Positions 28,551 through 37,208 of a stretch of 64,000 nucleotides of DNA are shown in pieces. The stretch is from Shigella phage ESh28: sequence record ON528738; one strand, written 5' to 3'. Each line of letters opens with the position of its first letter. The first letter of the stretch is position 1. The position numbers were made by a program, and so were the translations under genes. The notes beneath the pieces are model-generated. The model ran no database searches. It had not been told where the DNA came from and was given only the letters and a program-made list of their open reading frames with translations.

Positions 28551-28640
28551 GGAGGCGTGGCAGAGTGGTTTAATGCACCGGTCTTGAAAACCGGCAGTCG
28601 CTCCGGCGACTCATAGGTTCAAATCCTATCGCCTCCGCCA
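28551..28640 (+). tRNA. tRNA-Ser (anticodon UGA)
   Basis: Class II: acceptor ggaggcg/cgcctcc, anticodon stem ccggt/accgg with loop cuUGAaa, long variable arm, encoded CCA. Confidence 0.85.
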
Positions 28641-28645
28641 GTTTT

Positions 28646-28721
28646 GCTGATTTAGCTCAGTAGGTAGAGCAACTCACTTGTAATGAGAAGGTCGGCGGTT
28701 CGATTCCGTCAATCAGCACCA
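28646..28721 (+). tRNA. tRNA-Thr (anticodon UGU)
   Basis: Acceptor gctgatt/aatcagc, anticodon loop cuUGUaa, T-loop TTCGATT, encoded CCA. Confidence 0.85.
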
Positions 28722-28722
28722 A

Positions 28723-28797
28723 GGCCCTGTAGCTGGAAGGTTCAAGCAAGCGACTCATAATCGCCAGATGGTGGTTCAATTCCACCCAGGGCCACCA
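28723..28797 (+). tRNA. tRNA-Ile (anticodon CAU, lysidine type; Met by anticodon alone)
   Basis: Acceptor ggccctg/cagggcc, anticodon loop cuCAUaa, T-loop TTCAATT; occupies the position of T4 tRNA-Ile. Confidence 0.75.
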
Positions 28798-28809
28798 AAT
28801 TATGAATTA

Positions 28810-28896
28810 GGGGAGTTATCCCGTAGAGGTAGCGGTGTGGACTGTAAATCCATTGTCATTGCGACTCGGGTGGTTCGACTCCATCACTCCCCACCA
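28810..28896 (+). tRNA. tRNA-Tyr (anticodon GUA)
   Basis: Class II: acceptor ggggagt/actcccc, anticodon stem gtgga/tccat with loop cuGUAaa, long variable arm, T-stem ggtgg/ccatc, encoded CCA. Confidence 0.75.
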
Positions 28897-28900
28897 ATTT

Positions 28901-28975
28901 GGATGTGTAGCTCAATGGCAGAGCGATCGCCTGTTAAGCGATTGGTTATAGGTTCGAATCCTATCACGTCCGCCA
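28901..28975 (+). tRNA. tRNA-Asn (anticodon GUU)
   Basis: Acceptor ggatgtg/cacgtcc, D-stem gctc/gagc, anticodon stem atcgc/gcgat with loop cuGUUaa, T-stem atagg/cctat, encoded CCA. Confidence 0.8.
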
Positions 28976-28979
28976 AATC

Positions 28980-29055
28980 CGAGGCATAGCTCAGAAGGAA
29001 GAGCAAGGACCTTCTAAGTCCTAGGTCGTAGGTTCGATCCCTACTGCCTCGACCA
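28980..29055 (+). tRNA. tRNA-Arg (anticodon UCU)
   Basis: Acceptor cgaggca/tgcctcg, D-stem gctc/gagc, anticodon stem aggac/gtcct with loop cuUCUaa, T-loop TTCGATC, encoded CCA. Confidence 0.85.
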
Positions 29056-29401
29056 GACAAGAAGCCGGGTCGCTACCGGCAAGTCGTCGGACTGATGTTC
29101 CCTGGGTAAGGACTGGCATTAACAAATCTTTACGATCGGTTAATGCCCCCTTACATCACAGCAGAAACGGCGCACCGAATTATCGATTCGAGGAAATATC
29201 TTTGCCGTAAGCCGAGTAGCGTTTTTGACGGAACGTTCGGATATGGTCGAGATATGGCCTTTTAAAAATATTGAGTAGCGTCAACTACTTAATAACCGGG
29301 TTCGAATCCCGGCGTTTCGTACAAACACTTGCCTTAGCAGGTGGAACCCCGACAAGGTTGCCGCAAGGCTTAGCCCCGACCGAAAGGTTGGGGCTTTTTA
29401 G
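29056..29401 (+). ncRNA. GC-rich structured non-coding region, candidate stable small RNA(s) with a tRNA-like acceptor/T-arm module
   Basis: About 345 nt without a credible ORF and clearly GC-richer than flanks; about 29229-29320 has acceptor pairing cggaacg/cgtttcg and a canonical T-arm ccggg-TTCGAAT-cccgg but no clean anticodon arm; ends in a terminator. Confidence 0.4.
29372..29401 (+). terminator. rho-independent terminator closing the tRNA/stable-RNA transcription unit
   Basis: Hairpin agccccgacc-gaaa-ggttggggct followed by TTTTT. Confidence 0.7.
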
Positions 29402-29489
29402 TTTGAATCGCATAGAGAATGCTGTTACGGATAATAACAAAGTAATAAATAATTAATAACCAACCGATAAATTATTTCAAGGATTTTAA

Positions 29490-30053
29490 ATGAAAACCTA
29501 TGCCGAATTTTTAACCGAAGCAGCAAAATTACCATCTGAAGCAGATCTTACTAAAGTATTCTTCCAATTGGACCCAAAAGACCGTGGCGATTTTCTTAAG
29601 TGGAAAGCTAAAGCTATTGAAATGTATAACATCGATAATAGTTCTTTTACGATGAGTCAAGAAAATAAATTCAATAAAGCATTTTTCAAAATTTCTAAGA
29701 AACTGGCATCAGGCGCTCAGGTTCCTAAATCTGCCTTAGCTACTCCTGAACGCGCACCCGTCAAAATTTCTAAGAATATGTTTGACACTAAAAAATATGT
29801 TAATGCTTTGAATAAAGCTCTTGATGCATTGGATGATGCAAAGAAGGCAGCCCGCGATCTTCAAGACGTGTACACCGATTTTGATCGTAAAACTAAAGGT
29901 TCTATTTCAAATAGTGAACGCAATAGTGTAAGTGTTTATTCAGATAGCCTTGATGTTCTTGGCGATGCGTATACTGAAATTAAAAATCGTATTAACACTG
30001 CATCTAAGCTAAAAGCTGCTGCCGAAGCTATAATAACTAAACTGGGTAAATAA
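29490..30053 (+). CDS. internal protein III-like (capsid-targeted)
   Basis: 187 aa; N-terminus MKTYAEFLTEAAK matches the internal-protein capsid-targeting consensus (MKTYQEFIAE-like); Lys/Ala-rich. Confidence 0.6.
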   Translation: MKTYAEFLTEAAKLPSEADLTKVFFQLDPKDRGDFLKWKAKAIEMYNIDNSSFTMSQENKFNKAFFKISKKLASGAQVPKSALATPERAPVKISKNMFDTKKYVNALNKALDALDDAKKAARDLQDVYTDFDRKTKGSISNSERNSVSVYSDSLDVLGDAYTEIKNRINTASKLKAAAEAIITKLGK

Positions 30054-30059
30054 TTTTAA

Positions 30060-30087
30060 ATCCCTATCTAAATGATAGGGATTTTTG
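30060..30087 (+). terminator. rho-independent terminator
   Basis: Hairpin atccctatc-taaat-gatagggat followed by TTTTT. Confidence 0.65.
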
Positions 30088-30217
30088 GTATCTAGGCCTT
30101 TCCAGGCCTCTCTAGACATCATTTAGTTTCTACCCTTTATAATATATTATCCTATCCTTTGATTTCCCCTCTCTGCCCTAGAATTCCCCAAAACCTTTAA
30201 AATTTTTTTTTTTCACA

Positions 30218-30256
30218 AAACTGTTTACAAGACTGTTCTTCCATGGTACTATACAA
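30218..30256 (+). promoter_or_regulatory. T4 early promoter module
   Basis: A/T-rich upstream tract, -35 GTTTAC, -10 region tgGTACTATACAACTATC shared with other modules in the window. Confidence 0.6.
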
Positions 30257-30295
30257 CTATCAACTACTGATACAGAAAACAACTTGGAGAATGAA

Positions 30296-30559
30296 ATGGA
30301 TAATTACGGCGAACTGTTCAACTTCTTTATGAAATGTGTTTCAGAAGATTTCGGTCGTACGGTGAATGATATTAAAGTTATCGGTCCTGATCATCCAATG
30401 TTTGAAACTTACGCAGTAATGGGTAATGAAGACGGTCAGTGGTATACTGTAAAGGTTGTGATTAACATGTTCACTGCTGAAGGTTATGTTAAACTGTCTT
30501 CTAAAGTTTACCATGATAACGACGAAATCGCAGAAGAATATTTCAATAATATGAAATAA
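30296..30559 (+). CDS. hypothetical protein
   Basis: 87 aa from the first in-frame ATG (MDNYGELFNFF...), SD GGAGA upstream; the ORF-track start is TTG. Confidence 0.6.
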   Translation: MDNYGELFNFFMKCVSEDFGRTVNDIKVIGPDHPMFETYAVMGNEDGQWYTVKVVINMFTAEGYVKLSSKVYHDNDEIAEEYFNNMK

Positions 30560-30661
30560 GTTTGCATAGGCTCATGATTGAGATATTATGAGCCTATAAT
30601 TTGATGATAGAATATAATAATTTTTACAGATTTTAAATCTTAATCAACCTAAGGAAATACT

Positions 30662-31255
30662 ATGAACACACTGAAGAAAATTGTTGAGTTTATTCGCACT
30701 AAACTTGGTTCTGCTATGGCTAAAAATCTATCTGTTGAAGAACAGTATACTGCTGCGGCAGCAAAACTACTTGATAAAATTAAAGACCTAAAAACTGCTT
30801 CTGTTAAATCTATTAATGAAGAAAAACGTATTCGTGAACTTATTGTCGAAAAGAATAAGCAGGCCGAATCAAAAGAGCGTGAAATTCGCAAGCTTCTTTC
30901 CGAAGGTCAAGATGTAACAATGCATGCTAAACTCGGTTTACTATATCGTCGAACAGCTGAGCAGTTGACTACTAAGGCTGACGGTTATGCTGAAATGCGA
31001 ATTGAAATCGCCAAGAAAGTAGTTGAGTTAGATGATGCTCGTCAAGAACTTGCGGTTAAATTGGAATATATCCGTGAAACTCGTGCAGCAAATGCCCTTG
31101 GAATTAGTACTGCTGATGATGTAGTTGAAATTGCAGCACTGACTAAGGTTGATATTGAAGATACCCTTGCTCGAGTTGAAACCTTTAACGGTAATATTTC
31201 TGGGGTTGAAACTACCTCTGCCGATGTTCAGGAATACATTAATTCTCTGAAATAA
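30662..31255 (+). CDS. coiled-coil protein (weak PspA/IM30-like pattern)
   Basis: 197 aa, heptad-rich charged sequence ([11 protein letters not shown]...[26 protein letters not shown]); SD AAGGAAA upstream. Confidence 0.6.
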
Positions 31256-31260
31256 TGATA

Positions 31261-31280
31261 AGGGGCTTCGGCCCCTTATA
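31261..31280 (+). terminator. GC hairpin (terminator-like)
   Basis: aggggc-ttcg-gcccct stem-loop right after the stop; weak U tract. Confidence 0.45.
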
Positions 31281-31296
31281 CTTGGAGTAAATAGGA

Positions 31297-31911
31297 ATGA
31301 AAATGAAAATGCAAAGTGATTTCAATTCAATGTTTGAAGAGTTCCAAAGACAGGTTGATGTTCCAGACCAATTACTAAATGCTCTTAAACGCATGGCAGA
31401 AGGACGTAATTACTATTGGGGGTCTTCATATGAAACTGATGAAAGCCTTTCCGGAAGATTTTCTAGAGGTAAAAAGTCTTTAATACGTCCTGGAATACTC
31501 ATTAACAGTATTGAATCAATTCATTCATTGACGTGTGATTTTGATGTTGAATTTACTGATTTCATTTCTCCTGAATGGACGGTTTGTTATTTAAACGACG
31601 ATTATGATTATCTTGGCGTTTATAGTTTAAGTGATGCATGGTTTAAACGTAATTTACAAAAATCAAATTTATTTTATATTGATACTACGGTAAAATTTCA
31701 GGGAAAGAAATATTTCTTTACTCTTATAGTTGACTCTGAAACAAAATATGAAAATAAGCGTATTCTTAGTAAAAAGAATATCTTAACTATTGTTGATGAT
31801 CTTTTTGATAAATTCGTAGAAAATCCCAATTTTGAAAGCGATTTATTATTAGAAAAATTTGTTAAGGAATGTAGAGAATATGTCAAAGCCATCACTATAC
31901 CTTCCAAGTAA
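31297..31911 (+). CDS. hypothetical protein (C-terminal FVKECR motif family)
   Basis: 204-aa ORF; C-terminus ...EKFVKECREYVKAITIPSK shares a motif with the three following genes. Confidence 0.6.
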   Translation: MKMKMQSDFNSMFEEFQRQVDVPDQLLNALKRMAEGRNYYWGSSYETDESLSGRFSRGKKSLIRPGILINSIESIHSLTCDFDVEFTDFISPEWTVCYLNDDYDYLGVYSLSDAWFKRNLQKSNLFYIDTTVKFQGKKYFFTLIVDSETKYENKRILSKKNILTIVDDLFDKFVENPNFESDLLLEKFVKECREYVKAITIPSK

Positions 31912-32272
31912 ACCTGTGAAGTATGAACCAAAGCGTCAGCTAATTTCTACTGATGTGTTAATAGGTCCTGTGGTAGTTGTATCATTTGTGATTCTATTGA
32001 TTATTGGAGGTGTTTTAGATGTTATGACTGATATTGATTCTGGCGAAATACTTGTGTTAATGCTAATTCTTCCATTAATAGTTCCACTTTTATTAGTACC
32101 CGTAAATTGGGTAGGATACTGGTATCAAGGAAGACATTATCGTAAACGTGTACGTGATTGGAAAGCTCAGTGTAAAAAGATTAAAAAGGAACACCAGCTT
32201 AAGCTAGATATGTATGAATTTGATGAAATTATGAAATTTGTTAAGGAATCACGATGCAAAAGCCAAAACTAA
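31880..32272 (+). CDS. small membrane protein (C-terminal FVKESRCK motif)
   Basis: 130 aa from the ATG at 31880; two hydrophobic helices; start overlaps the 3' end of the previous gene. Confidence 0.55.
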   Translation: MSKPSLYLPSKPVKYEPKRQLISTDVLIGPVVVVSFVILLIIGGVLDVMTDIDSGEILVLMLILPLIVPLLLVPVNWVGYWYQGRHYRKRVRDWKAQCKKIKKEHQLKLDMYEFDEIMKFVKESRCKSQN

Positions 32273-32616
32273 ATAAAGTCAAATATTCGTTTCCTGAGGC
32301 ACTATTAATTCTTGCTGTATCAGTATTTACAGCTCTTGCGGGTAGTCTTATTGGATTGTTAATTGACTGTTTTATTTTAAATATCGACGGCACAGTAATT
32401 ATAACAGAGGTTTGGAGTGAACTTCGTTTTACTATAGCGATTTCATTATTTTCATTCTTTGGTACCATGTTATATTTTCATTATGATAATTTTAAAATAA
32501 ATTGGCAAAGAAAAAAGGATTACAAAATACAATTAAAGGAATATAATAGCTATATGTCTTATATTGAAAAAGAATCAATGGAAGAGTTTGTGAGTGATTG
32601 TAGGAAAATTAAATGA
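32254..32616 (+). CDS. small membrane protein (C-terminal FVSDCRKIK motif)
   Basis: 120 aa, two hydrophobic helices; overlaps the previous gene's 3' end. Confidence 0.6.
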   Translation: MQKPKLNKVKYSFPEALLILAVSVFTALAGSLIGLLIDCFILNIDGTVIITEVWSELRFTIAISLFSFFGTMLYFHYDNFKINWQRKKDYKIQLKEYNSYMSYIEKESMEEFVSDCRKIK

Positions 32617-33101
32617 TTTTAAAAACTCGCTGGTATGATTTAGATGATGGGGACGATGGCATTTCAGTTGATAGAGTTGACTGGAGCGGCTGTTCTGAAG
32701 ATACAAAGAAACGATTAATTAGGGAGTTTAGAATGGGATATCAAGCAGTTAAGCCATCTACTGTAACAGATGATAAATTCGTGTGTATTCATAATGGTCG
32801 TGCTAAGTTAACGAATGCTGAATGGTTCACAGATAAGATTATGATTCTGTGGTATATCATTAGTCTTCCTGTGTCATCATTCGTATTTTACTTTTTTATA
32901 AAAAATCCAATGGACAGAATAGGAGATTGGATTCTTTTAACCATACTTGTTAATATTTTTACAGCATCAATATTATCTGGGATATGGTACACGTTCATTG
33001 AAATGCCATGGCGGCTACGCAGACAACAAAAGATTTTTGATGAAAAGAAATATACTCAAAATTTAAATAACTTTATCACTGAATGCAGGAAATTAAAATG
33101 A
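32613..33101 (+). CDS. small membrane protein (C-terminal FITECRKLK motif)
   Basis: 162 aa, hydrophobic central helices; ATGA start/stop overlap with the previous gene. Confidence 0.6.
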   Translation: MILKTRWYDLDDGDDGISVDRVDWSGCSEDTKKRLIREFRMGYQAVKPSTVTDDKFVCIHNGRAKLTNAEWFTDKIMILWYIISLPVSSFVFYFFIKNPMDRIGDWILLTILVNIFTASILSGIWYTFIEMPWRLRRQQKIFDEKKYTQNLNNFITECRKLK

Positions 33102-33538
33102 AAACATTATCAGCTGGTATTATCTTCATGACAGAAGATAAAGATTTATTTATGGGTCGGGTTACTGGTTCTCGTAAGCCTGGAATGATGGCACATCGCT
33201 GGGATATTCCAAAGGGACGTGTAGAAAGTTCTGATTTGAATGCACTGGAAGCTGCAAAAAGAGAATGCTTAGAAGAGACCGGTTTTAGCAATTATAATCC
33301 AGACCTTCTAGAAGACCTAGGTGTATTTAAATATTCTAGTAATAAAGACTTACAGTTATTTTATTATACGATTCCAGTAGAGCATGAGATGTTCAGAAAT
33401 TGCTATTGTGAGTCTTATTTTGAAAATAAAGATGGCGTTATGATTCCAGAGATGGATGCTTTTGCTCTTATTCCTCGTACTCAGTGGCAATATGTGATGG
33501 GTCCTTCACTTTACCGAATAATGAACAACCTCTTTTAA
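33083..33538 (+). CDS. nudE: Nudix hydrolase NudE
   Basis: 151 aa; Nudix box GRVESSDLNALEAAKRECLEETGF; directly upstream of e as in T4 (an alternative start at 33098 has a better SD). Confidence 0.85.
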   Translation: MQEIKMKTLSAGIIFMTEDKDLFMGRVTGSRKPGMMAHRWDIPKGRVESSDLNALEAAKRECLEETGFSNYNPDLLEDLGVFKYSSNKDLQLFYYTIPVEHEMFRNCYCESYFENKDGVMIPEMDAFALIPRTQWQYVMGPSLYRIMNNLF

Positions 33539-34069
<531 letters not shown>

Positions 34070-34106
34070 AGTTGTTTACTTTCTCCTAGAATTGTGATAG
34101 TATATT
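34070..34106 (+). promoter_or_regulatory. T4 early promoter module upstream of denV
   Basis: -35 GTTTAC with a -10-like gtgaTAGTAT about 18 bp downstream. Confidence 0.5.
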
Positions 34107-34128
34107 CACAGTTACTTGGAGGGATAAA

Positions 34129-34545
34129 ATGACTCGTATTAATTTGACTTTAGTATCTGAACTTGCTGATCAACATTTAATCGCAGAATACCGTGAATTG
34201 CCGCGTGTTTTTGGTATAGTTCGTAAACATGTTGCAAATGGTAAGCGGGTTAAAGATTTTAAAATATCTTCCGAGTTTATTTTAGGTTCTGGTCATGTTA
34301 CTTTCTTTTACGATAAGTTAGAATTTTTGCGAAAGCGTCAATCAGACATTATAACGGAATGCTTAAAACGTGGGTTTAGTATAAAAGATACTGAAGTTCC
34401 TGACATCAGCGATATTCCAGTAGAATGGAAAAATGATTATAATCCATGCAAATCAGCTATTAAATTGAGTCAACAACGACTTGATGAAAAAATTTTAATG
34501 AAACCACATTGGTATAAGTATTACGGTAAAAATATTTACATTTAA
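34129..34545 (+). CDS. denV: endonuclease V (pyrimidine-dimer DNA glycosylase)
   Basis: 138 aa, [29 protein letters not shown]..., matches T4 endonuclease V as remembered. Confidence 0.95.
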   Translation: MTRINLTLVSELADQHLIAEYRELPRVFGIVRKHVANGKRVKDFKISSEFILGSGHVTFFYDKLEFLRKRQSDIITECLKRGFSIKDTEVPDISDIPVEWKNDYNPCKSAIKLSQQRLDEKILMKPHWYKYYGKNIYI

Positions 34546-34554
34546 AGGAAACCC

Positions 34555-35028
34555 ATGAAAACATATCAAGAATTTATTACTGAAGCAGCTATTAATTCTC
34601 AAATTATTGCTGAATCTTTTACTGATCTTTTGAAATTTAAAAAAGGTCAAAAAATCACTGCTGTATTGGATGATGGTACAGAAGTTGAGATGGATGTACA
34701 GGGATATAATTATGCAGTAGATGGAAAACTGTATAATAAATCTCATGCTAAATTTGATTCATTTGACGATTTTGTTAATACAGTTGAAGATGAAAAAACT
34801 CGTAGATCCATTGCAACTGGCGACGCTAAGGTTCTTATGGCACACGGTCATGAACGTATCCGCGTCAAACAGAATAAAATGGGCGAAGATAATTTCGCAT
34901 TAGTTGGTTATCAATCTGGTAAACAAACTTATGGCTATCAACGTACTGCTACCATGTATAACAAAAATGGTAAAATTGCCTTTGTAAATAGTAAAGGTTC
35001 TATTCAGTACGTTAAATCGTTCAAATAA
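34555..35028 (+). CDS. internal-protein-like protein with capsid-targeting N-terminus
   Basis: 157 aa; N-terminus MKTYQEFITEAA matches the capsid-targeting consensus; located between denV and the regB-side small genes, not at the T4 ipII/ipIII position. Confidence 0.55.
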   Translation: MKTYQEFITEAAINSQIIAESFTDLLKFKKGQKITAVLDDGTEVEMDVQGYNYAVDGKLYNKSHAKFDSFDDFVNTVEDEKTRRSIATGDAKVLMAHGHERIRVKQNKMGEDNFALVGYQSGKQTYGYQRTATMYNKNGKIAFVNSKGSIQYVKSFK

Positions 35029-35180
35029 GCAAATAAGAAATATGGGAACAAACTGGACCTCATGATTCTGTGAGGGATTCCCGCCAACCTGTAATAAGGT
35101 CGAGCCCAAGTGCGGTAATGGGTAAATACAGAAATGGACAATTCATGCGCCACGGAATGGCCCAAATTTAGAGAGAAGAA

Positions 35181-35720
35181 ATGAGAACATTTTTAACTGG
35201 TCCTTATCTATCCCTGATGAATGCTTTTACACACCATTCTGATGCTAGAGTAGAAGAAATTTGTAAAAACGATTATATCCCACCATTTGAAGACTTACTT
35301 AAGCAGTATTGCACACTTCGACTAGATGGTGGACGTCAATCCGGTAAATCAACTGCAGTAACTAATTTTGCCGCTAATTGGTTGTATGACGGTGGAACAG
35401 TTATTGTTCTTTCTAATACTTCAGCTTACGCTAAAATTTCCGCAGATAATATTAAAAAGGAATTTTCGCGTTATTCTAATGATGATATTCGATTCCGCTT
35501 ATTTACTGATTCTGTGCGCAGTTTTATTGGTAATAAAGGAAGCAAGTTCAGAGGTTTATCGCTTTCGCGAATTTTATATATAATTGATGAGCCTGTCAAA
35601 TCTCCTGATATGGATAAGATTTATAGTGTCCATATTGACACTGTACACTGCTGCTGTAATATTAAATGTTGCATTGGTGGTATTACTCGTCCACAGTTTT
35701 TCGTAATCGGAATGCAATGA
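35181..35720 (+). CDS. P-loop NTPase-like hypothetical protein
   Basis: 179 aa; Walker A-like GGRQSGKST and Walker B-like hydrophobic run ending IIDE. Confidence 0.6.
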   Translation: MRTFLTGPYLSLMNAFTHHSDARVEEICKNDYIPPFEDLLKQYCTLRLDGGRQSGKSTAVTNFAANWLYDGGTVIVLSNTSAYAKISADNIKKEFSRYSNDDIRFRLFTDSVRSFIGNKGSKFRGLSLSRILYIIDEPVKSPDMDKIYSVHIDTVHCCCNIKCCIGGITRPQFFVIGMQ

Positions 35721-36046
35721 TGACAGACACTCAGCTTTTCGAATATCTTTATTTTTCGCCAAAAACTATTAAAAATAAATTGGTGAATCATTTTGAAATT
35801 TTGGCAAATAACAACGTCTTGAGCGAATTTTATCCTAAGCAATACAAATTACAAAAAGGCGTATTCAAAGGATGCAGAGTTTTGTGTACTGCTCCTAATG
35901 CACGGTTAATGAATAAAATTCCATATTTTACCATGGAATTTATTGATGGTCCTTTTAAAGGACTAATCACACAGAGTTTAATGGCATATGATTCTGAGCC
36001 ATTTTTAATTAAAGAACAATCTTGGATAAATTTATTTTCTAATTGA
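35717..36046 (+). CDS. hypothetical protein
   Basis: 109 aa from ATG at 35717 ([13 protein letters not shown]...), ATGA overlap with the previous stop. Confidence 0.55.
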   Translation: MMTDTQLFEYLYFSPKTIKNKLVNHFEILANNNVLSEFYPKQYKLQKGVFKGCRVLCTAPNARLMNKIPYFTMEFIDGPFKGLITQSLMAYDSEPFLIKEQSWINLFSN

Positions 36047-36053
36047 GGTTTAT

Positions 36054-36416
36054 ATGAAAGCATATCAAATTCTTGAAGGCACACACAAAGGTACTATTTA
36101 TTTTGAAGATGGTATTCAAGCACGAATTATTGTCTCTAAAACCTTTAAAGAGGACTCTTTTGTAGACCCAGAAATTTTCTACGGTTTGCATTCCCGTGAA
36201 ATTGAAATTGAAACACAACCTACAGTTAAAATTGAAGGTGGTCAACACCTGAACGTTAACGTTCTGCGTCGTGAAACTCTGGAAGATGCAGTTAAGCATC
36301 CGGAAAAATATCCGCAGCTGACCATCCGTGTATCCGGTTATGCAGTTCGCTTTAACTCTCTGACTCCGGAACAGCAGCGCGACGTTATCGCTCGTACCTT
36401 CACCGAGAGCTTGTAA
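36054..36416 (+). CDS. autonomous glycyl radical cofactor (GrcA/YfiD-like; T4 Y06I homolog)
   Basis: 120 aa; C-terminal half [59 protein letters not shown] carries the RVSGY glycyl-radical motif; codon usage switches to GC-rich host-like codons near 36240. Confidence 0.85.
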   Translation: MKAYQILEGTHKGTIYFEDGIQARIIVSKTFKEDSFVDPEIFYGLHSREIEIETQPTVKIEGGQHLNVNVLRRETLEDAVKHPEKYPQLTIRVSGYAVRFNSLTPEQQRDVIARTFTESL

Positions 36417-36637
36417 TGGCAAAGATAATTATTGAAGGTTCTGAAGATGTGCTAAATGCTTTCGCCGAGTGGTTTAGTAATTCAGGCGAACAGCAATTTA
36501 ATGAAGCATGGAACATGGGTGATATTAATGGAATTTATCCTACGACAGAAATTTCTGTTCAGGGATATGGCATTCATGAACCTATTCGTTTAGTTGAATA
36601 TGATTTATGCACTGGTGAGGAAGTCAAATATGATTGA
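36416..36637 (+). CDS. hypothetical protein
   Basis: 73-aa ORF, start abuts the previous stop. Confidence 0.55.
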   Translation: MAKIIIEGSEDVLNAFAEWFSNSGEQQFNEAWNMGDINGIYPTTEISVQGYGIHEPIRLVEYDLCTGEEVKYD

Positions 36638-36896
36638 AGATATTAAAGGTTATAAGCCACATACCGACGAAAAAATCGGTAAAGTAAATGCTATCAAAGA
36701 TGCTGAAGTTCGTTTAGGACTTATCTTTGATGCTTTATACGATGAATTTTGGGAAGCATTTGATAGCTGTGAAGATGATGAACTCGCGAAGAATTATGCT
36801 GAAAGCCTCGATCAGTTAACTATTGCTAAAACGAAACTCAAAGAAGCCAGTATGTGGGCTTGCCGTGCTGTGTTCCAACCAGAGGAAAAATACTAA
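36630..36896 (+). CDS. hypothetical protein, candidate Vs.4/Acb2-like
   Basis: 88 aa from ATG at 36630 ([17 protein letters not shown]...); sits at the vs.4 position counting from regB; assignment by position and size only. Confidence 0.5.
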   Translation: MIEDIKGYKPHTDEKIGKVNAIKDAEVRLGLIFDALYDEFWEAFDSCEDDELAKNYAESLDQLTIAKTKLKEASMWACRAVFQPEEKY

Positions 36897-37174
36897 TGGC
36901 TCAATTAAGTGCAGGGTTTGGTTATGAATATTATACTGCACCTCGTCGTGTATCTGCCGCTCCTAAGAAAATTCAAAGTCTTGATGACTTCCAAGAAGTA
37001 ATTCGTAATGCTTTCCAGGACTATGCGCGTTATCTTAAAGAAGATTCACAGGACTGCCTCGAAGAAGATGAAATTGCTTACTATGCGCAGCGTCTTGAAC
37101 AGCTCAAAAATCTACATGAGGTTCGTGCAGAAGTTTCAAAGTCTATGAATAAATTGATCAGATTTAAAGAATAA
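36896..37174 (+). CDS. hypothetical protein
   Basis: 92 aa from ATG at 36896 ([13 protein letters not shown]...), TAATG overlap with the previous stop. Confidence 0.55.
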   Translation: MAQLSAGFGYEYYTAPRRVSAAPKKIQSLDDFQEVIRNAFQDYARYLKEDSQDCLEEDEIAYYAQRLEQLKNLHEVRAEVSKSMNKLIRFKE

Positions 37175-37208
37175 CTGTTTACTTTTCCTCTTGACTGTGG
37201 TATAATTT
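37175..37208 (+). promoter_or_regulatory. sigma70-type early promoter upstream of regB
   Basis: -35 GTTTAC and extended -10 TGgTATAAT. Confidence 0.6.

Noticed and set aside
29271-29456. 61-aa ORF inside the GC-rich region after tRNA-Arg
   Set aside because: No ribosome-binding site, atypical composition, and it overlaps the tRNA-like module and terminator; more likely non-coding RNA.
34495-34746. Minus-strand 83-aa ORF spanning the denV / ip-like gene junction
   Set aside because: It overlaps two well-supported plus-strand genes and is highly hydrophobic low-complexity sequence from an AT-rich antisense frame.
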